A stretch of 32,000 bases of DNA from an uncultured bacterium (lineage in GTDB: Bacteria; Patescibacteriota; Gracilibacteria; UBA1369; PNNO01). Location of the stretch: positions 60,001 to 92,000 of the forward strand of contig OY969931.1 of assembly GCA_963704705.1 (NCBI GenBank). Reading direction: 5' to 3'. This document shows positions 1 through 8,200 of this stretch, piece by piece. The stretch's first letter is position 1. Every line of letters starts with the position of its first letter. Both the position numbers and the translations under genes were made by a program. The notes beneath the pieces are model-generated. The model saw nothing but the letters and a program-made list of their open reading frames with translations, was not told where the DNA came from and made no database searches.

Positions 1-1
1 T

Positions 2-2965
2 CCTCAGAACTCAAATAATTTATCCAAAATAAAAGAAATAACTTACAACGACCAAAGCCTTCCAAATTACAGCGAGTTAAAGTTGTTTGATTCAAAAAAC
101 GATACGACACCTGTTACATCAAGGTCTTATTTTGATGGAAGAGGAAACGTTATTCAGAACAGATCAACTTCAAATACACCTGGAACTTACATTGTTACTG
201 ACAATTCATATGATGCAAAAGGACAGGTTACAAGAGAATCTCTTCCATATTTTACTTCGGGGACAGCTTATCAAAGCGTTAATTTGGCAAAACCAGCAAA
301 TTTATATACATATGACGTTTTGGGAAGAATCAAGCAAGTGTCAAATGCGCTCGGCACAACATCAACTGATTATAATTTATGGAATTCAACAATTACCGAT
401 CCTTTAAATAATCAAAAAGATTTGATAATGGATGCTTACGGAAGACTTGTTGAGGTACATGAGCACAACGGAGCTGACGAATATATTACTCACTACGAAT
501 ACACTCCACTCGGCCTGCTAAGCAAAATAACTGACCACTATGGTAATTTACGAACATTTACTTATGACGGACTGGGAAGACTTACAATGCAGACAGACTT
601 CCATTTGCCGGCTGATACTTCATACAGCAAATGGTCTTATATTTATGACCAAAATTCAAATTTGCTTACCCAATCTTTCGGCGACGGAAGCAATATAAGA
701 TACTATTATGACCAGCTTAACAGACCACTGAGAGAACATTCTTCAAAAACCGGAAAAGACGAAGTTACATACACTTATGATACAGCACCGTATGGAACAG
801 GTTTACTTGCTTCGATTACAAAAGACGACTGGTCAAATGCTTTTGAATACGACATTAACGGAAATGTAACCAAAGAAACAACTTTAATTAAAGGAGACAG
901 TTATGTAACAAACCGGCTGTTTGATTTACAGGGGAAGATAACAAGACTTATTTCGCCGGACAACAAAATGATCAGATACGCATATAATGATATGGGGCTT
1001 ATTGATAATGTATATTATGGATATTCCATTCTTGCCAATAATTTGGATTATACGCCTTTGGGCCAGATGTCGCATATTGAATTTTCAAACGGTGCAGTAA
1101 CGGATTATGATTATCCGGAGTCTGATTTATTTAGACTAGGTCATATAACAACAACTTTAAATGGCCAGACCATTCAGGATTTGGATTACACATACGATGC
1201 TTTAAACAACCTTACGCATCTTGTTGATAATTCACAGCTGCTTACAACTAAAGTTGCGGATTTTATATATGATGATTTATCAAGACTTACAAGCGCGGTT
1301 GCAACAAAAAATGGGCAGCCGGTTTACAATCAGGCTTATGATTACAATGCCATCGGCAATATTATGAATAAGTCCGATGTCGGCTTATATACTTATGCCG
1401 GAGGGATAGCTTCTTCAGCGCCTTCTGTATATTCAAATCCACACGCTGTGACAGCAGCTGGAGCAGTTAATTATTTATATGACAGGAGAGGTAATGTAAC
1501 CAAAATTAATGATAATTTGACAAGCAAAGAGCTTACATATGATTACAATGATGATCATATAATTTTTAAGAACGGAATTGATGGAGTGAGGTATGGTTAT
1601 GATAATTCAGGCAATAGAGTATGGAAGCAGGAAATTGAATATTTTGCGATTGAGCCTAAAGTTCCTTTGATAACAAATACACTGTTTACGAAAGAAACTA
1701 CTACATGCACTCCGATTTCAGCACCTGTTCGCACAAAAAATACTTTAATAGGTAAAGAATATACTATTCAGTTAAGCTCAAGATATAACTATGACGAAGA
1801 ATGCCGGGCAATAAAAAGTACAGGCACCGAAACTCGCTATGTTGGCGGATTTTATGAAGAAACCCGCGATAAATCAACAACTGTCAAAGGCGGAACAGAC
1901 ATAGTAAAAAGATTAAACATCGACGTCAACGGCATGCAGATCGCCACAATCGAGACAAGGCCAAAAGCTTTTCCGATCGGTTCGGTTGACGTACGCACCT
2001 TCTTCCATCACCGCGACCACCTTGGCAGCGCAAGCATAGATACCTCGGGCGGCAATGTAACAGCCGTTAGCGACTATCTGCCATTCGGAACAACCCTTAA
2101 CGATCAAAACTACGACTCTCTCGGCTACGACAACGCCTATAAATTCACGGGTCAGGAACTCGACGACGAAACCGGCCTGTACTACTACGACGCTCGTTAC
2201 TACGATTCCGACCTGGGAAGGTTTATGGCGGTGGATGGGGCGTATCTGGGAGTGAGCGGGGATAAGGCGATGCTTGTTAATCCGCAGGCCTTAAACAGCT
2301 ACAGTTACGTGCTTAATAATCCGCTAAAGTATGTGGATCCGAGTGGAAATAATTTTGTTGATACATGGAATAGTGGTATGGATATTTTGGAATCTATAGC
2401 TGCAGCAGATGGCCCAGCGCTTTATTTAGATACAGTTGCGGTAGTTTTATCAACAGTAGTTATAGCAGATACTGGAATTGATTATGTTGCAGAAAAGATC
2501 AATGAATCAATAGTACAACCAATATCGAATGCTCATTCTGAAGTTTTATCACAAGCGGAAACAAGTGGAAATGTGGAAAATGGATATGTTACTTTATACA
2601 GAGGTGATGTATCAGGAAAAACTTTTTTTGTATCAAAAGGTTTAGAAAATATCGCAACTTTGGGAGCTGATCTAGTTTTCGGTACAGATTTAAATATGGC
2701 GATTCAAAATCATATAGACTATGTTGATAATAATAAATATTCACCTTTTGTTTCTACAACTTTAAATGAAGCAATTGCGGAAGATTTTGCCAAAGGTCAA
2801 GACGGGAATCAAACTGGCTCAGTTTATACTTTAAAAATACCATCTAATGATATAATGTACCCAGGGAATCCTCAAAATGAAGAAGTATTGATACCAGGAG
2901 TAATAACAAGTGAGAAAATAGTTAATATTAGACCAATATCAGTTAATTTAAATGACAATGATTAA
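2..2965 (+). CDS. RHS/YD-repeat polymorphic toxin, 5'-truncated by the window edge, with a variable C-terminal toxin tip
   Basis: The reading frame is open from nt 2 with no stop before the track's Met at 83, so the gene continues upstream. It has many YD repeats (YDVLGRIKQV, YDGLGRLTMQ, YDQLNRPLRE, YDDLSRLTSA, YDRRGNVTKI). RHS core-end motifs are present: YYDARYYDSDLGRFMAVDG and NNPLKYVDPSGN (DPSGN = nt 2336-2350). About 200 aa of unrelated sequence follow. Confidence 0.9.
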   Translation, partial: PQNSNNLSKIKEITYNDQSLPNYSELKLFDSKNDTTPVTSRSYFDGRGNVIQNRSTSNTPGTYIVTDNSYDAKGQVTRESLPYFTSGTAYQSVNLAKPANLYTYDVLGRIKQVSNALGTTSTDYNLWNSTITDPLNNQKDLIMDAYGRLVEVHEHNGADEYITHYEYTPLGLLSKITDHYGNLRTFTYDGLGRLTMQTDFHLPADTSYSKWSYIYDQNSNLLTQSFGDGSNIRYYYDQLNRPLREHSSKTGKDEVTYTYDTAPYGTGLLASITKDDWSNAFEYDINGNVTKETTLIKGDSYVTNRLFDLQGKITRLISPDNKMIRYAYNDMGLIDNVYYGYSILANNLDYTPLGQMSHIEFSNGAVTDYDYPESDLFRLGHITTTLNGQTIQDLDYTYDALNNLTHLVDNSQLLTTKVADFIYDDLSRLTSAVATKNGQPVYNQAYDYNAIGNIMNKSDVGLYTYAGGIASSAPSVYSNPHAVTAAGAVNYLYDRRGNVTKINDNLTSKELTYDYNDDHIIFKNGIDGVRYGYDNSGNRVWKQEIEYFAIEPKVPLITNTLFTKETTTCTPISAPVRTKNTLIGKEYTIQLSSRYNYDEECRAIKSTGTETRYVGGFYEETRDKSTTVKGGTDIVKRLNIDVNGMQIATIETRPKAFPIGSVDVRTFFHHRDHLGSASIDTSGGNVTAVSDYLPFGTTLNDQNYDSLGYDNAYKFTGQELDDETGLYYYDARYYDSDLGRFMAVDGAYLGVSGDKAMLVNPQALNSYSYVLNNPLKYVDPSGNNFVDTWNSGMDILESIAAADGPALYLDTVAVVLSTVVIADTGIDYVAEKINESIVQPISNAHSEVLSQAETSGNVENGYVTLYRGDVSGKTFFVSKGLENIATLGADLVFGTDLNMAIQNHIDYVDNNKYSPFVSTTLNEAIAEDFAKGQDGNQTGSVYTLKIPSNDIMYPGNPQNEEVLIPGVITSEKIVNIRPISVNLNDND
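1913..2287 (+). repeat. Direct repeat copy 1 (RHS core 3' block inside the full-length gene)
   Basis: Aligns without indels to 3577-3951 at a constant offset of 1664 nt. I count about 12 mismatches by eye over ~375 nt. The near-identical antisense ORFs 1913..2107 and 3577..3771 in the track are by-products of this duplication. Confidence 0.95.
2351..2962 (+). other. C-terminal toxin domain of the RHS protein, ADP-ribosyltransferase-like (R-S-E type pattern)
   Basis: The pattern is TLYRG (Arg codon 2600-2602), then 51 aa on SPFVSTT (S-T-T = 2753-2761), then about 40 aa on PQNEEVLIPG (Q 2873-2875, E-E 2879-2884). Order and spacing match the Arg / STS / [QE]xE triad of C2/C3/VIP2-like ARTs. This is motif recognition only, with no profile search. 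Confidence 0.5.
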
Positions 2966-3512
2966 TATTATTTCCAAAATTACAAATCAATTTGATGTTT
3001 TCAGAATTGATGGCAGAGAAGGCGAAGGGAAGCCTAAAATTCCGGGCAAAATAATAAATGTATTTAAAAATAATATGGGTTTTCAATATTCTTCAATAGA
3101 AGTTTATAAAGATGGCAAAATTTATACAGGAAAAGGAGAATTGACAGACCTTTCTGGCTTAAAAAAACAAATACAAGATGGATGGATAGTCCTAAGATTA
3201 CCCGATAAATGTAAATTAAACATGTATCCATTCGGACAATATGAAATTTCAAGTTCGAATAATTTTATAATGGAAGCAGATTTTATTAAACAAGTTGAAG
3301 ATACAATTAGAATTTTGAATAAAAAACCCACATCTGCTAATATTTGTAGAGATTTATATATTGAATATGTTAATAATCCCTCAGAAGAATTAGAAAATAA
3401 ATTAAAAGTGGCATACTTCAATGTGCCTGAACATAAACGGCAGTTTATTTTAGGCGATATGGACGCAAAAGACGGGCCAATTAAAAAAATTCTTGGACTT
3501 AATAATAGATAA
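2952..3512 (+). CDS. Candidate cognate immunity protein for the ART-like RHS tip (no recognisable family)
   Basis: The 186-aa ORF starts 14 nt before the toxin stop (ATG 2952, toxin TAA 2963-2965). This is the classic translationally coupled toxin-immunity layout. No signal peptide or known domain was recognised. Confidence 0.55.
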   Translation: MTMINIISKITNQFDVFRIDGREGEGKPKIPGKIINVFKNNMGFQYSSIEVYKDGKIYTGKGELTDLSGLKKQIQDGWIVLRLPDKCKLNMYPFGQYEISSSNNFIMEADFIKQVEDTIRILNKKPTSANICRDLYIEYVNNPSEELENKLKVAYFNVPEHKRQFILGDMDAKDGPIKKILGLNNR

Positions 3513-3576
3513 GGCTTAAGTGGTTTTAATAAACCAAATTACCTAGTAAGTTCAAACACTCTCGCTCTTTGTTAAC

Positions 3577-3951
3577 TTAAACATCGCCGTTAACGGCATG
3601 CAGGTTGCCACAATCGAAACAAGGCCAAAAGCTTTTCCGATCGGTTCGGTTGACGTACGCACCTTCTTCCATCACCGCGACCACCTTGGCAGCGCAAGCA
3701 TAGATACCTCGGGCGGCGATGTAACGGCCGTTAGCGACTATCTGCCATTCGGAACAACCCTTAACGATCAAAACTACGACCCTCTGGGCTACGACAACGC
3801 CTATAAATTCACAAGCCAGGAACTCGACGACGAAACCGGCCTGTACTACTACGACGCTCGTTACTACGATTCCGACCTGGGAAGGTTTATGGCGGTGGAT
3901 GGGGCGTATCTGGGAGTGAGCGGGGATAAGGCGATGCTTGTTAATCCGCAG
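3577..3951 (+). repeat. Direct repeat copy 2 (RHS core 3' block heading the orphan cassette)
   Basis: Same alignment as above. Homology starts abruptly at TTAAACATCG (3577), 27 nt after an in-frame TAA (3547-3549), and ends abruptly at AATCCGCAG (3951). Confidence 0.95.
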
Positions 3952-4587
3952 AAATTGAATTCTTATAGTTATGTTTATAATAATCCATTAAAATATACTG
4001 ACCCTTCAGGAAATTGGGGCTTTACAATGACTTGGTCAAATCCTTGGACACTAACTTTGCTAAAAATTCCACTTCCTACTTGGTCTGCACCAACAATGCC
4101 AGTAACTTTGGCGCCTGTATTTGAACCTGTCCCATTAGTTCCGCCTTCAGAACCAGCGAAACCAATACCTTTGGAATCAAGGTTAAATCCGGAATCTACA
4201 ACACCTCCTCCTGGATGGAGCGGAACAAAACCACCGGATGGATGGGATGGATCAAGTCCTCCAGGAGATGGATTTGACAAGAGGGGAGGTGATGACGGCG
4301 GATGGTATAATCCAGATTTACAAGAATCGTGGCGTCCAGATTATACAGAGAACCATAGATTCCATTATGATTATAAAATGAAAAAAGGCGACGGTTACAG
4401 ATATTTCCCAGATTCAGGTACCTGGCAATTAAAAAACGGATGTACAATGGATGTATACAATGATTACATAAATGATATGGAACAATATAATAAAGATATG
4501 CAACAATATCAAAGTGATATGGATAAATATAACCAACAAAAAGAGAAGAATTCAGATAATGAATTTGGTGGTTATATTCAAGGTTAA
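3598..4587 (+). CDS. Orphan rhs-CT cassette: remnant of the RHS core (about 125 aa) fused to a different toxin tip; probably silent until recombined
   Basis: The first ~118 aa are nearly identical to aa ~613-735 of the upstream RHS ORF, including DLGRFMAVDG. The sequence then runs NNPLKYTDPSGN, a Pro-rich linker and a novel ~110-aa C-terminus. The Met at 3598 corresponds to an internal Met of the full-length gene. No Shine-Dalgarno sequence or promoter is evident upstream. Confidence 0.75.
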   Translation: MQVATIETRPKAFPIGSVDVRTFFHHRDHLGSASIDTSGGDVTAVSDYLPFGTTLNDQNYDPLGYDNAYKFTSQELDDETGLYYYDARYYDSDLGRFMAVDGAYLGVSGDKAMLVNPQKLNSYSYVYNNPLKYTDPSGNWGFTMTWSNPWTLTLLKIPLPTWSAPTMPVTLAPVFEPVPLVPPSEPAKPIPLESRLNPESTTPPPGWSGTKPPDGWDGSSPPGDGFDKRGGDDGGWYNPDLQESWRPDYTENHRFHYDYKMKKGDGYRYFPDSGTWQLKNGCTMDVYNDYINDMEQYNKDMQQYQSDMDKYNQQKEKNSDNEFGGYIQG

Positions 4588-4602
4588 TTAACTTTTTTAA
4601 TT

Positions 4603-5250
4603 ATGAAATTTCAAAAAATGCAACTGGATCATAAGGCAATTGAATATATCAAAACAATACTGAAAGAAATGAAAATGGATGTGTTTTTTGATATAAAAAA
4701 TCTCAATGAAGGTTCAGTTTTCACATATTTACCTTTAAATGTTGGAAAAAATTTAGTAAACAAATTTGATCATGGAGGCATTGTTAAAGTGCCCGAAAAG
4801 AAGATTCATGTCGATGGTGGTTATTTTGTTAAAGTTCCTGATAATGCTTTTAAATATTTAGCAGAAGAAATTTATATCTACATCAATAGTGATAAGAATA
4901 ATATTTGCTTTCAAAGATCTGGTTGGTGGAAAAAAGACGATAAATGTGTTAAGGAACAAATAAATAAATTTCCTTTATATTTTTATAATCACTATACATA
5001 TGATTTTTTATTAGAGTCCTATAGTCGTAATAAGATTAGAAATTTTTTAGATATGGATTTTCGACATACATTTGGAGTAATGACAAAAATTAATAAAAAA
5101 ATGAGTTTTTTAACTAAGGACAGGCAAGATATTTCAAAAGAAGATATGCAATTTTTCATAGATCATATTCAGAAGCTTTTTGTGGTTGCCTACGACGGTG
5201 AAGGATTTATTATTTGGGAGAAATCTAAACATATTCCCCCCACTCCATAA
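4603..5250 (+). CDS. Candidate immunity protein for the orphan toxin tip (no recognisable family)
   Basis: The 215-aa ORF starts 15 nt after the orphan toxin stop on the same strand. Its last 26 nt overlap the 3' end of convergent carB. Confidence 0.5.
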   Translation: MKFQKMQLDHKAIEYIKTILKEMKMDVFFDIKNLNEGSVFTYLPLNVGKNLVNKFDHGGIVKVPEKKIHVDGGYFVKVPDNAFKYLAEEIYIYINSDKNNICFQRSGWWKKDDKCVKEQINKFPLYFYNHYTYDFLLESYSRNKIRNFLDMDFRHTFGVMTKINKKMSFLTKDRQDISKEDMQFFIDHIQKLFVVAYDGEGFIIWEKSKHIPPTP

Positions 5251-8200
5251 TCTCCAAATCTTCGAGCTTGTACTTTGCAAATGCTTCTATAAGCATTTTT
5301 GCAACCTGCACATTTGTAAGCAGAGGAATGTTCATGTCGATAGCTGTACGTCTTATAATGTAGCCATCTGTTTGTTCCCGGCGAGTATAGTTTTTTGGGA
5401 TATCTATTACCAAATCGAGTTTTTTCTGCTCGAGATAATCGAGAAGATTTGGGGATTTGCCGGTAGAAACTTTGTGAACAAGCGAGTTTTTAACTCCATT
5501 TTCATTTAAAAATTTGGAAGTTCCTTCTGTAGCAAATAAATTGTAATCAAGATTCTGTAAAATTTTCGCTGATTCCAAAAGTTCAGCTTTATCTTCTATG
5601 CGACCAACAGAAAGCAAAATATTCTTTTTTGGAATTGTGAAACCTACCGAGATCATTGCTTTAAGTAGTGCGGCTTGTAAAGTCTTCCCAAAGCACGCCA
5701 CTTCGCCCGTAGAGGCCATTTCAACTCCAAGTACGGGGTCAGCACCTTTAAGGCGTGAGAAGCTAAACTGAGGGGCTTTAACGCCAACGTAATCAAGGTC
5801 CAGGGTTTTATAGTCGGTGCGGTTTAAATCTTTAGCGTCTCGCATGTTTAACATTGCTTTTGTAGCGATCTCAATAAAGTTGTAACCTGTAACTTTTGAT
5901 GAGAACGGGAAAGAGCGTGAAGCGCGCAGGTTACATTCGATTACTTTTACCTCGTTTGCTTTGGCTAAAAACTGAATGTTAAACGGTCCTGAAATATCGA
6001 GCTCTTTTGCTATTTGTTTGGTTATATTTTTAATACGTCTAATTGTTTCGATGTAGAGTTTTTGAGGAGGCAATACAATTGTAGCGTCACCACTGTGAAC
6101 CCCAGCATGCTCAATGTGTTCTGCGATTGCGTAAATTACCAAACGGCCTTTATATGCAACCGCATCTATTTCAATTTCTTTTGCCCCAATCTCAAACTTG
6201 CTTATAACAACAGGAGCGTCGGGTGAAACGCGGGTTGCTGTTTCTAAGAAATCGATTAAAGATTCCTTATTATGAGCAACCCGCATTGCAGCACCGCTTA
6301 AGACATAAGACGGTCTAACCAACACCGGGTATTTCACCTTCTTTGCAAACCTGATTGCTTCAGGCATGCGATTTAGCTCTTTCCACTGAGGTTGATCAAC
6401 TTTTAGTTTATCAAGCATTTCCGAAAATTTATGGCGGTTTTCCGCTCTGTCGATATTTTTCGGATCAGTGCCGAGCACTTTTACTCCGGCTTCTTTTAAT
6501 TTTGTAGCTATATTATTTGGAATTTGCCCTCCGGCTGAGAGTATCACGCCATCAGGCTTTTCTTTTTCATAAATATCAAGAACCCGTTCAACACTAAGTT
6601 CATCAAAATATAATTTGTCTGATATATCATAATCCGTTGAAACAGTCTCGGGATTGTAATTGATCATGATTGTTTCGTAGCCCTGCTTGCCAACTGTTTG
6701 CAAGGCGGTTACACAGCACCAGTCAAATTCAACACTCGAACCAATTGAGTACGAACCGCTTCCCAGAACAATAACTTTTTTGCGTTTGCTTGGTTTAACA
6801 TCATCTTTGTCACCATGATAAGTCAAATACAGATAATTGGTTTTAGCAGGCCATTCAGCAGCCATTGTATCGATTTGTTTAATCACAGGTTCAATGCCAA
6901 GCTGCTTTCGCAGTTTGCGAATATCATGCTCATTATTTTTTGTTAGATTCGCTATTTGCGCATCTGAAAATCCCTGTTTTTTTGATGTCAATAAAAGTTC
7001 TTTATCTAATTTTCGTTTATTTTTTAGCTTTTCTTCAGTATGAACAATATTCTTCAGCTTTTCCAAAAACCATGGATCAATTCCTGAAAGTTTATTTATC
7101 CTTTTAACTGTCCAGCCTTTTCTTAAAGCTTCAGCAATTGCGATTATTCTTTTTGGAGTTGGGACAGCTATTTCTTTTGCCAGATTTTTGGTTTTAAGCT
7201 CAACATGTTTATTAGCAACAAGTCCATAGAAGCCAACCTGAAGCATTCGTAAACCTTTTTGCATAACCTCTTCAAAGCTTCTTCCAAGAGCCATAATCTC
7301 GCCAACAGACTTCATCTCGCTTGTAATTTCCTGAGAAACTCTTTGAAATTTTTGCAGATCCCATCTCGGAATTTTTAATGCAAGATAATCAAGCGCAGGT
7401 TCAAAACACGCAACCGTGGTTTGGGTAACCGCGTTTTTCAACTCCGGCAGCGTATAGCCAAGAGCAAGTTTTGCTGCGATGTGAGCCAATGGATAGCCAG
7501 TCGCCTTACTTGCCAATGCAGATGATCTCGAAAGTCTGGCATTCACTTCAATCACGCGATAATCTTCGGATTCCGGATCAAGTGCAAACTGAATGTTACA
7601 TTCTCCGATTATTCCAAGGTGCCGAATTGTTTTTATAGATAAATCTCTTAACTTATGATATTCGCTGTTTGTTAAAGTCTGCGATGGAGCAACAACAATA
7701 GATTCGCCTGTATGAATTCCGAGCGGATCAAAATTCTCCATATTACAAACCGTAATACAGTTATCTGCTTTATCGCGAACAACCTCATATTCAACTTCTT
7801 TCCAGCCTTTTAAATTTTCTTCAACTAAAATCTGGGGAGAATATGCAAAAGCTGTTTTTAGCAGAGCTTTTAGTTCCTGTTTGTTATAAGCAAAGCCGCT
7901 GCCTTTTCCGCCAAGAGCAAATGCAGCACGTATTATTAAAGGATAACCAATTTTTTCAGCAGCTTTATACGCCTGATCTTCATTGGTGCAAGCCACACTT
8001 TTTGGCATTTTAACGCCGATTTTTGTAAGTTCTTTATTAAAAAGTTCGCGGTCTTCGGTATTTTGAATTGTTTCAACCGGAGTTCCCAAAACTTTAACAT
8101 TGTGTTTTTTAAGCACTCCGTTTTCAAATAATTCAACCCCGCAGTTCAAGGCTGTTTGTCCGCCAAATGCAAGTAAAATTCCATCAGGATTTTCTTTGGC

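Noticed and set aside
1913-2107. Antisense 64-aa ORFs at 1913..2107 and 3577..3771 (near-identical)
   Set aside because: They lie antisense within the GC-rich RHS core block, where stops are rare. Their similarity only reflects the duplicated DNA. The sense strand carries clear RHS motifs.
5180-5509. 109-aa plus-strand ORF, along with other antisense ORFs inside carB, guaA, lysS, dnaB, the aminotransferase and others
   Set aside because: They are fully embedded antisense in strongly supported conserved genes and have no motifs of their own.
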